From Acutalibacteraceae bacterium (GTDB taxonomy: Bacteria > Bacillota > Clostridia > Oscillospirales > Acutalibacteraceae), in NCBI GenBank assembly GCA_045639785.1, contig JAZUDT010000002.1:4121-68120 (forward strand): a stretch of DNA of 64,000 bases, in the 5' to 3' direction. Below the pieces are notes generated by a model that saw nothing but the letters and a program-made list of their open reading frames with translations, was not told the origin of the DNA and made no database searches. This document shows positions 55,108 to 63,153 of the stretch, piece after piece. Within the stretch, counting starts at the first letter, position 1, and every line of letters begins with the position of its first letter. The position numbers were made by a program, and so were the translations under genes.

Positions 55108-56121
55108 ATGCCTTATCAAATTTGGAACAGAAGATATACAGGAAGCAAATATAAAATTGCTGAATGGATACACGGTTTAATATCTGAAAATTGTATTGGA
55201 ACATCTTTTTGTGATATTTTTGCCGGTACTGCAATTATCAGTAAACATGCATTAGATAATTATGAAGAAGTATATATAAATGATTTTCTCTATTCAAACG
55301 AAATAATATATAAAGCGTTTTTTGAACAAAATTATTATGATATAGAGAAACTAAATAAATTATGCAAGCAATTCAATTCAGTAGATTGTTCAAATATTCC
55401 TGATAACTATATATCTCTTAATTTCGGAAACAAATATTTTTCCTACTCAGATGCTCTTTTAATCGGTTATATTCGTGATCGAATCGAAAAAGAAGAACTA
55501 ACCGAAAAAGAAAAAAATATTCTGCTTGCTTCATTACTTTATTCGGCAGATAAATCTGCAAATACAGTCGGTCACTATGATGCCTATATTAAAGGAAAAG
55601 CAATCCCCGATACTTTTAAATTTGATTTAATTGTACCTTATAAATACAAAAACAAAAAGATACATATAACACGTAAAGATGCCAATGAATTAGCAAAGGA
55701 AATTCAAACAGATATTGTATATATCGATCCACCATACAATTCAAGACAATACAGTAGATTTTATCATGTGCTCGAAAACATAGCTTGTTGGAATAAGCCC
55801 GATTTGTTTGGCGAGGCTTGTAAGCCTATTCCCGAAAACATGAGTGAGTATTGTCGAAATGCAGCAACAGCAGTGTTTGAAGATCTTATAAATTCACTCA
55901 AATGCAAGTATATTGTTGTTTCGTATAATAACACATACAATTCAAAAAGCAGTTCATCTAAAAATAAAATAACATTAGAAGATATTGAAAGAATACTTGC
56001 AAAAAGAGGGAAAGTTTCAATTTATGAAAAACCGTTTCAATACTTTAATGCAGGAAAAACAGATTTGAAAGATCATAAGGAACTAATATTTATAGTGGAA
56101 GTTGGTAAAGAAAATGATTGA
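55108..56121 (+). CDS. D12-class N6-adenine DNA methyltransferase (M1)
   Basis: RRYTGSKYKIAEWI N-terminus, motif I-like FCDIFAGTAIIS, catalytic DPPYNSRQY. An alternative ATG is at 55102. Confidence 0.8.
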   Translation: MPYQIWNRRYTGSKYKIAEWIHGLISENCIGTSFCDIFAGTAIISKHALDNYEEVYINDFLYSNEIIYKAFFEQNYYDIEKLNKLCKQFNSVDCSNIPDNYISLNFGNKYFSYSDALLIGYIRDRIEKEELTEKEKNILLASLLYSADKSANTVGHYDAYIKGKAIPDTFKFDLIVPYKYKNKKIHITRKDANELAKEIQTDIVYIDPPYNSRQYSRFYHVLENIACWNKPDLFGEACKPIPENMSEYCRNAATAVFEDLINSLKCKYIVVSYNNTYNSKSSSSKNKITLEDIERILAKRGKVSIYEKPFQYFNAGKTDLKDHKELIFIVEVGKEND

Positions 56122-57022
56122 AAGAAGTGAATGCAGACGTTCTCCATTCTTTTATGTTGGAGATAAATTCAAGCTCGTTCCTCAACTAAAAGAAAATTTT
56201 CCGAAAGATATTGACCGCTTTATTGAACCCTTTTGTGGTGGCGGAAGCGTTTTTTTGAATACTGAAGCAAACCAATATTTGCTGAACGATATTGATTCAT
56301 ATATGATCAAGCTGCATCAGTTTTTAATCTCTGCAAGCGAGAACACAGAGCAGTTTTGGAGTGAACTGAAGTTTGATATAGATAAGTATAGGCTTTCTGC
56401 AACATTTCTCGGAAAAGATGTTCCCTCGGAATACAGAAAAGAATTTGTGAAGACATATTTTGCCAAATACAATAAAGAATCATATATGAAAATGAGAGCA
56501 GATTTCAACGATGGTAAAGATGATATGATGCTTCTTTATATGCTTTTAATCTATGGCTTCAACAGAATGTTAAGATTTAATCGTAAAGGAGACTTTAATC
56601 TTCCGGTAGGAAATGTTGACTTCAATCAGAATGTTGTTGATGCACTGAATTCATATTTTGATTATGTGAATGATAGAGATATTGAATTGTTCAATATGGA
56701 TTTTCAGGACTTCATCGAGAAAGTTCAGCCGACTCCCAATGATATGGTTTATTTAGATCCGCCGTATTTAATTACTTTCAGCGAATATAACAAATTGTGG
56801 AATGAAGATAGTGAAATGCGACTAATTGACTATTTGGATGAGCTTGATGCTCGTGGTGTTCGATTTGCCGTTTCGAATGTTTTATGGCACAGAAAGAGAT
56901 ATAACGGCACATTTAATGCATGGGCACAAAAATATAATATTGTGCGCATACAGAGCAATTACATAAGCTATCATGACAACTCAGAAAAAGACTCATACGA
57001 AGTATTGGTGAAAAACTATTAA
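56114..57022 (+). CDS. D12-class (Dam-like) N6-adenine DNA methyltransferase (M2)
   Basis: FFYVGDKFKLVPQL, EPFCGGGSVFLN (motif I) and DPPYLITFSEYN (motif IV). The ATG at 56114 overlaps the M1 stop (ATGATTGA). Confidence 0.85.
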   Translation: MIERSECRRSPFFYVGDKFKLVPQLKENFPKDIDRFIEPFCGGGSVFLNTEANQYLLNDIDSYMIKLHQFLISASENTEQFWSELKFDIDKYRLSATFLGKDVPSEYRKEFVKTYFAKYNKESYMKMRADFNDGKDDMMLLYMLLIYGFNRMLRFNRKGDFNLPVGNVDFNQNVVDALNSYFDYVNDRDIELFNMDFQDFIEKVQPTPNDMVYLDPPYLITFSEYNKLWNEDSEMRLIDYLDELDARGVRFAVSNVLWHRKRYNGTFNAWAQKYNIVRIQSNYISYHDNSEKDSYEVLVKNY

Positions 57023-57035
57023 GGATGTGAGATTT

Positions 57036-58610
57036 ATGCCAAGAGAAAGAGCTGCTGAATATAAGCCATTATCATTTTCAACAACAATGAGAAATCCTGC
57101 AAGAATAGCAGGGTTCCTGAACTGCATTATTCCTTTTGAAGGACAGCTATTAACCAATGATATTATTATGAACGTTGCAAAAACGCTTATAAAGAAAAAA
57201 TTATATATCCCGATGTATGTAACTCGGATTCCTAATTTGAAAGCGGTATTAAATGATGAAAGAGAATTTACTGATTCGGAAGTAATCGAAATAATTGACC
57301 ATAGCCCGCAAAATCATAAAGAAGCAGGATTTGAAAAAGGTTGGCCTTCAAGATTTGACACTTGGTATAAATTGGCTATGGAATTTGGTTTTGTATTTTA
57401 TCAAATAGATTCTCCGATTGTTATTTCAACAACGGGGCATATGTTAGTTGATGCATTTAATGAAAATCCTATTAATGATGAGAAAATAAAAAATGTTTTC
57501 CTTAATGCATTAATGAAATATCAAACCAACAATCCGTTTAGAAAAAATGCCAACGCCAATTCACCTTTGGTTCTTTTATTAAAAGTGATAAAACTATTAA
57601 AAAATGATCCCGAAGAGAATGATGCAGGTGTTTTCAGAAATGAGCTGTCTTTATTGATTTGTTGGAGAGATAATGATGCGGATGCTCTGTATCATAAAAT
57701 TAAAGAACTGCGTCAACTTCATCAATTTACATACGGTGATGAGGTTATTTATGAAATCTGTCTTGATCTTCTTGGAGCTGCCGAAGAACAAAAGAACAGG
57801 TTTAAAATCAATCAAATTACCGGCGAGGCGGTTGATGAATTCATCAGAAAAATGCGTATAACAGGTATTGTTTCTTTAAGAGGAAATGGCCGTTTTATAG
57901 ATTTTAACTCCTTTGAATCCGATAAAATACAGTATATTTTAGATAACTATTCGGATTATGAAACATACGATGATAAAAACGCTTATTTCCAATATATGGG
58001 TACTATTGACACAGACATTGTATCAATGGTTCAGCCTATAAATGAGGAAGCGGTTAATGATGCCCGAATTTCAACACTAAATCAATGGGCAAATGAATAC
58101 TCAAAAGAAGATATAATAAACGAATTGAATATTGTTTGCAGAAACAGAGAAAGTAGAAATCCTGTTTTAAGAATTATTGATAAACCTACTCGTTTGGAAT
58201 TTTTAACGAGTATAGCATTAAAACAGCATTTTGACACTTTAGTTGTAAAACCCAATTATCATGTTGACGATGAAGGTTTGCCAACTTTTACCGCATCAGG
58301 TGGTATGGCGGACATTGAGTGCTTTGATACAGATTGCAATCCGCTTGTAGAAGTTACTCTTATGTGTGCGAGGAATCAGGCAACAAATGAAATGCCCGCT
58401 ATTACCCGACATTTGCAGGAAGCAATCGAAAAATATCCGACAGTAACGGTATTCTCTATCCTTGTGGCACCGTCTATTCATGCAGATACAAAATATATGG
58501 CTGAGTTCTCTAAATTCAGATATAATGTTGATGTTTTGACTTTTACAAACGAAGAATTTATTGAACAAATAAGTTGTAAAGATAGGATTATTGAAATGTT
58601 AAATTACTGA
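57036..58610 (+). CDS. type II restriction endonuclease, AlwI-family-like (probably type IIS)
   Basis: 525 aa immediately after two methyltransferases. The N-terminal LSFSTTMRNPARIAGFL resembles what I recall of the RE_AlwI family N-terminus. A C-terminal PD-(D/E)xK-like block is present (ADIECFD...VEVTLM). Confidence 0.55.
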   Translation: MPRERAAEYKPLSFSTTMRNPARIAGFLNCIIPFEGQLLTNDIIMNVAKTLIKKKLYIPMYVTRIPNLKAVLNDEREFTDSEVIEIIDHSPQNHKEAGFEKGWPSRFDTWYKLAMEFGFVFYQIDSPIVISTTGHMLVDAFNENPINDEKIKNVFLNALMKYQTNNPFRKNANANSPLVLLLKVIKLLKNDPEENDAGVFRNELSLLICWRDNDADALYHKIKELRQLHQFTYGDEVIYEICLDLLGAAEEQKNRFKINQITGEAVDEFIRKMRITGIVSLRGNGRFIDFNSFESDKIQYILDNYSDYETYDDKNAYFQYMGTIDTDIVSMVQPINEEAVNDARISTLNQWANEYSKEDIINELNIVCRNRESRNPVLRIIDKPTRLEFLTSIALKQHFDTLVVKPNYHVDDEGLPTFTASGGMADIECFDTDCNPLVEVTLMCARNQATNEMPAITRHLQEAIEKYPTVTVFSILVAPSIHADTKYMAEFSKFRYNVDVLTFTNEEFIEQISCKDRIIEMLNY

Positions 58611-58690
58611 TTAACTGTATGTAAAATATGGCCTAATCTGAATGAATTGTCCTTTATCGAATCCACAATAAAACCGATGGAGTGATGAAA

Positions 58691-60043
58691 ATGAATAATA
58701 ATTTGTACGGAAAATTAGAATACAATAATGAAAAATACCCTTTCTATTTAGAGGATAGAATAGTTCGTATTATTGGAGAACCTTTTCAATACAATAACGA
58801 TTTCAAAAATGCGGATGAGATTGAAATAATAAGGGGTATCACCTCTGGGAATAAAGATATTATATTTTTGCGTTGCAAATTCATAAAAAAGAGTTTTAAA
58901 TTTATCGAATTTTCTATTGAAGGTTACGCAATTTCCAAAAGTGATATGGGAGTCCCTTGCGATTTTACATATACCAGTAGTTCGTTTGAATCGGATGCAA
59001 TAGACACGTTTTTTTCACCGCAAAAAGCCGTCAACTTCGATGAGGGCATAAATGATGAAACAGGAGAAATTTCAATTAAAATATCTCCGTTTAAAGCTAC
59101 TTCTATTGGGTTTGATTATTTAGATTCAAAATGTCAGTTTAGTATTTCTCGTTATGTACGAATTCATAGAGATCCCACAAGTATCGGACAAGTAAAATCA
59201 GTATTTACATTTGAACATTCACAAGTTCAATCCATAACAAAAGTAATTGATGATTATTGTGCTATATATGATTTTTTGTCATTTGTAAACTATAGTACAA
59301 ATATTCCATTCAAAAAAATAATTATCGGTAAAAAGAATGATGATGGATGTTTTGAAAATACTGCCATAGTGCACTTTTTTATTGATAAATCAGAGTATGA
59401 AAATACGGATTTTAATACGATTACCATAGATGATATACCTCAAGAAAAGCTTTGTGATATTTTTTCATGCATTGCATCGCTTAGAAATAAAGATAAACGG
59501 TTGCGATTTTACTTTCCTGAAAACAATCAAGAAAGGCGATATATTGATCCGGGTAAATGGCTTATTGCAGCATTAAATTTCGAAGGATTGTTTACAGAAA
59601 CATATCCTGGTTTTAAATGCAATATGACACCTTCATTTAATAATGCAAAACAGCTTGCTTTAGAGAGAATAGACAATACATCAGACGGTAAATCCTTATC
59701 AAAAAATGAGCAAAAGCATTATCAAAATTGTCGAAGGCAAATTGAACGTTACGAAGGACAATTAGAAGAAAAATTCAATTATGTCCTCAAGAATAACAAA
59801 GATGTTGTAGCACAAATTTTACAATATAATGAAAAACATCTTAGTACAAAGTTATCAGAGAATTATGGAAAAATATTTGCCGATTACCGTAATAAAATTG
59901 CACACGGCTCTGTCGAACCAATAGCAGATAAACAAGTGGCAGCATATCGTCTTTTGCGTCCATTCATTTATCTTTTGATTTTATCGAAAATAGATTTAAC
60001 ACCTAATGAAAAGAAAAAAGTCATTGCAAAATTATTTGAGTAA
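58691..60043 (+). CDS. ApeA-like abortive-infection candidate with C-terminal HEPN domain
   Basis: The C-terminal FADYRNKIAHGS contains the HEPN R-x4-H motif. The N-terminal YGKLEYNNEKYPFYLEDRIVRIIG resembles ApeA N-terminal domains. The start at 58691 lies 8 nt after GGAG. Confidence 0.5.
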   Translation: MNNNLYGKLEYNNEKYPFYLEDRIVRIIGEPFQYNNDFKNADEIEIIRGITSGNKDIIFLRCKFIKKSFKFIEFSIEGYAISKSDMGVPCDFTYTSSSFESDAIDTFFSPQKAVNFDEGINDETGEISIKISPFKATSIGFDYLDSKCQFSISRYVRIHRDPTSIGQVKSVFTFEHSQVQSITKVIDDYCAIYDFLSFVNYSTNIPFKKIIIGKKNDDGCFENTAIVHFFIDKSEYENTDFNTITIDDIPQEKLCDIFSCIASLRNKDKRLRFYFPENNQERRYIDPGKWLIAALNFEGLFTETYPGFKCNMTPSFNNAKQLALERIDNTSDGKSLSKNEQKHYQNCRRQIERYEGQLEEKFNYVLKNNKDVVAQILQYNEKHLSTKLSENYGKIFADYRNKIAHGSVEPIADKQVAAYRLLRPFIYLLILSKIDLTPNEKKKVIAKLFE

Positions 60044-60156
60044 AATTATGGCATAACAACCGATAGGATGATTAATGCACGAGCATATAAGATTTTATGA
60101 CTCGTCTAAGGATGAAATTGCTCTTGTTGTAAAATCGATTAAGTAAAGGAGAAGAA

Positions 60157-61248
60157 ATGAGCAAGCCTAAGAAAATACAAATCCCTGGCAAAAACTATTT
60201 TGCTTGGAAATACGAAGAACAAACAAAGGTAAAGCATAAAGTTTTAGGTTCTTATGCTAAGATTTGGATATCAAAACTTGGTTATAAATGCAATACTCTA
60301 TTTTTTGATTGCCACGGCGGATGTGGCGCGTATATTGATGAGGAAGCCTCGGTTTCATATGGCTCATCAATATTAGTAAAGCAATTAGCCGATAAAATCA
60401 GCGAAAAGCGTTCGACAAAGACAGGAGTATATTACTGCGAAAAAGATAAAGGTACTTATGATAACTTTATTAACATAAAAAATGAATTGAACAACATAAA
60501 AATCAATACATATAACGATTCGTTTGAAAATATAATTGCAAAACCTGATGTTTCAAAGTACTACAATAAATATCCAACCCTTTTTCTTGTTGATCCTTTT
60601 GGTTACAATTTTGATATTAACGAATTATCTGTAATGATGAAGGGTTTCGGAAATGAAGTAATAGTAAATTTCATGTTTGATTTTATAACTCGTTTCATTT
60701 CAAAAAATGAGCTTAAAGATTCTTTAAATCGTTTCTTCGGATCTAACGAATGGGAAAATGCTATTAATTTAACAGGAAGAGAACGAGAAACATTCTTAGT
60801 AAATATTTTCAAAAACAAAATCAAAGAGGTAACAGGTGCAAAATTTGTTTTTCCATATCGGTTATGCTATCCCGATAAGGATCAAACATATTATTATTTG
60901 ATACACGCAACTAATCATATTGACGGAATTACTTTGATGAAAGATGCATTTGCAAGCATTAATAATGGCAGGGTACAGTATTTAGGTAGGCATAATAACG
61001 ATATTTCTATCTTTGATATGGACTGTATTAAAGCGGATGATATATACAACTCGTATATGAAAAATAGAAAAGGCGAAAGTTTTTCAGTTGATGATTTTTG
61101 GGTTGGCATTGTTGAAGAAACCGCCTATACAAGAAAAGATTTAAGCAGTATATTAAATGAATTAGTAAACACTGGGAAAATAGTGATTGATAGAATTTCA
61201 TCAAAACGTGGTTCATATCGGGAAAAAGATATAATCACGATTATATAG
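60157..61248 (+). CDS. three-Cys-motif partner protein TcmP-like
   Basis: WKYEEQTKVKHKVLGSYAKIW...LFFDCHGGCGAYIDE...YGSSILV matches my recollection of the TcmP family N-terminal signature (W..HT..K...L..Y; D.FAG.G.Y; GS). It is adjacent to a three-Cys protein. Confidence 0.6.
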   Translation: MSKPKKIQIPGKNYFAWKYEEQTKVKHKVLGSYAKIWISKLGYKCNTLFFDCHGGCGAYIDEEASVSYGSSILVKQLADKISEKRSTKTGVYYCEKDKGTYDNFINIKNELNNIKINTYNDSFENIIAKPDVSKYYNKYPTLFLVDPFGYNFDINELSVMMKGFGNEVIVNFMFDFITRFISKNELKDSLNRFFGSNEWENAINLTGRERETFLVNIFKNKIKEVTGAKFVFPYRLCYPDKDQTYYYLIHATNHIDGITLMKDAFASINNGRVQYLGRHNNDISIFDMDCIKADDIYNSYMKNRKGESFSVDDFWVGIVEETAYTRKDLSSILNELVNTGKIVIDRISSKRGSYREKDIITII

Positions 61249-61258
61249 AGGGCGTAAT

Positions 61259-62017
61259 ATGAAAACAATCAACAGGCAATCTATGCTTTATAAAACCGGT
61301 GTAGAGTATGGAGATTATACGTTAAACCATGTGCAAGGTTGTGCACACGGTTGCAAATATCCTTGCTATGCTATGCAGATGGCAAAACGTTTTGGAAAAG
61401 TCAAAACATACGAAGAATGGTGTGAACCGAAACTTGCCGAAAACACATTAGAAATACTTGATAAAGAACTCCCGAAACTTAAAAATAAGATTGAATCGGT
61501 GCATCTTTGTTTTACTACTGATCCGTTTATGTATGGATATGATGAAGTTAAAAAAATGAGTATCGAGATTCTAAAAAAGATTAATTCGTATGATATAAAA
61601 TGCACGGTTCTGACAAAAGGCATATTACCTTTTGAGCTTGCCAGCTTAACAAAAGAAAACGAATATGGGATTACTTTGGTATCTTTGGATGAAGATTTTC
61701 ACATAAAATATGAGCCAAATACAGCTCCTATGAATGATAGAATTGAAGCTTTAAAAGCTCTGCATAATGCAGGGTGCAAAACATGGGTAAGCATAGAACC
61801 ATATCCCACACCGAATATTATTGAGCAAGATCTTAAAGCAATTTTAGACTCTATCAGTTTTGTTGATAAAATCATTTTCGGACGGATGCACTATAATAAG
61901 TTAATCAGTGAATACAAAGAGCATAAATCTTTTTTCAACAAATGTGCCGATTCAGTTATTAAGTATTGTACTGAAAATGGAATCGCATATCACATAAAAA
62001 ATGGTACAATGACTTGA
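61259..62017 (+). CDS. radical-SAM-like three-Cys-motif (C-x3-C-x3-C) protein, related to COG1533/SPL-like DNA-acting enzymes
   Basis: YTLNHVQGCAHGCKYPCYAM lies near the N-terminus. At 252 aa it is compatible with a partial TIM barrel. The gap after the TcmP-like gene is 10 nt. Confidence 0.6.
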   Translation: MKTINRQSMLYKTGVEYGDYTLNHVQGCAHGCKYPCYAMQMAKRFGKVKTYEEWCEPKLAENTLEILDKELPKLKNKIESVHLCFTTDPFMYGYDEVKKMSIEILKKINSYDIKCTVLTKGILPFELASLTKENEYGITLVSLDEDFHIKYEPNTAPMNDRIEALKALHNAGCKTWVSIEPYPTPNIIEQDLKAILDSISFVDKIIFGRMHYNKLISEYKEHKSFFNKCADSVIKYCTENGIAYHIKNGTMT

Positions 62018-62034
62018 TACATTAGCATGGTATC

Positions 62035-62074
62035 GTCTTATCAAGCAATGAATTAGGTGTACCTAATTCGCTTG
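62035..62074 (-). repeat. inverted repeat, right copy
   Basis: gtcttatcaagcaatgaatt-N10-aattcgcttg is the reverse complement of the left copy at 54533-54573. It lies 18 nt after the stop of the three-Cys gene. Confidence 0.8.
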
Positions 62075-62170
62075 TTAGGTCGCAGGTCTCCGGTGGAGAC
62101 CTCTGCCGAAGGCAGAAGCGATGTCTGAGGCGGCAGCCGAGTATTCTAAAACCCGTCCCAAAGGAGTGAT
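62075..62170. other. GC-rich structured segment of unknown function
   Basis: It contains perfect hairpins aggtctcc-ggtg-ggagacct and ctgcc-gaa-ggcag (UUCG loop when read on the minus strand). It is embedded in AT-rich DNA, and no convincing ORF spans it. Confidence 0.4.
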
Positions 62171-62178
62171 GTGTAAAA

Positions 62179-62574
62179 ATGAAAAGTTCAATATTAAAAG
62201 AGCGAGCTGCTTTTGCTTTAAATATGATTTTGTCAGCAGACAAAGTTGATTATCGTTCTTTAGAGCGTTCCCGTTTGTGCTTTTACATACAGGATTATCA
62301 TAACGATATTGAAAAAGAAGTTGCACTTGCTCTTGTTTCAGAATGGGAAGAAATCAAAAATTATGATAAGTTATCTTTTTTCAAAAGGCTTCTTGTCCGT
62401 TTACGATTTACTTGGAAAAACACAAAAGCGGAATTGGTCTTATCCGATGAAATAGTCGAGTCAATAGTTGATTTAATGCTGCCGGATATTATCTCATTCT
62501 TTGAATCAGAAGAAGGTAAGAAAGAGTTTGAGGAGTGGAAAGCGGAGAGGAAAAAGCATTCTGAGAAAATGTAA
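62179..62574 (+). CDS. hypothetical protein
   Basis: 131-aa ORF with RBS AAAGGAG. Its C-terminal EGKKEFEEWKAERKK tail recurs as a remnant at 63636-63698. Confidence 0.5.
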   Translation: MKSSILKERAAFALNMILSADKVDYRSLERSRLCFYIQDYHNDIEKEVALALVSEWEEIKNYDKLSFFKRLLVRLRFTWKNTKAELVLSDEIVESIVDLMLPDIISFFESEEGKKEFEEWKAERKKHSEKM

Positions 62575-62595
62575 AAAATGATTTAAGGAGGAACT

Positions 62596-63051
62596 ATGGG
62601 ATTATTAAATTTGGCAAGTAGTGCCTCTGCTTGGCGAGGGTATGATTATTATAAAAAAGGGGCGGTAATAACAAAACTCAAAATATCGGATACTGAGTAT
62701 TCGGGATGTGTTAATGGGAATAGCCATGCATCTTATGATGTGTTTATTGATTTAGAGCATCCGAGAAAGTCACATTGCAACTGTCCGTATGCAAACGGAA
62801 AAAGAATCATTTGCAAGCATCAAATTGCCTTGTTCTTTTCGGCATTCCCGGATGAAGCCGAAAAGTATTACAAAGAAGTGTTGGAATATGAAGAACAAGC
62901 AGAGAGGGAAGCGGAAGAACTATACGACAAAGTTGCGGATTACATATTTAAGATGAAAAAATCAGAAGCACAGCAGGTTCTATATGAGATCTTGTTTGAT
63001 GGTCCGGAATGGCAATTTGACAGGTTTGTCAGCGAACATTGGATCGAATGA
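62596..63051 (+). CDS. SWIM zinc-finger protein
   Basis: HCNCPYANGKRIICKHQIALFF fits the SWIM C-x-C-xn-C-x-H signature. RBS AAGGAGG. Confidence 0.7.
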   Translation: MGLLNLASSASAWRGYDYYKKGAVITKLKISDTEYSGCVNGNSHASYDVFIDLEHPRKSHCNCPYANGKRIICKHQIALFFSAFPDEAEKYYKEVLEYEEQAEREAEELYDKVADYIFKMKKSEAQQVLYEILFDGPEWQFDRFVSEHWIE

Positions 63052-63153
63052 TTTGTATGATTGAATTATTTTGCTGCGTTGAAGTTTGTAATTGAAAAGG
63101 AATATTAATATTTTTTGGATGCTCAGACGAAATATTAAAAGGAATAGATAAAA

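Noticed and set aside
61259-62017. Idea that the radical-SAM-like three-Cys enzyme is the missing maturase for the GG-leader peptides (a RiPP cluster)
   Set aside because: It lies 8 kb away, on the other side of the serine recombinase and a sharp compositional boundary. It is inside an inverted-repeat-flanked R-M/HEPN cassette. Most peptide cores lack Cys or other obvious radical SAM crosslink residues. Its closest recognisable relatives are DNA-acting COG1533-type enzymes.
62022-62326. Minus-strand ORFs of 73 and 83 aa crossing the GC-rich hairpin segment
   Set aside because: They have no RBS, overlap each other and the plus-strand 131-aa gene, and consist largely of translated hairpin sequence. 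I prefer a non-coding interpretation.
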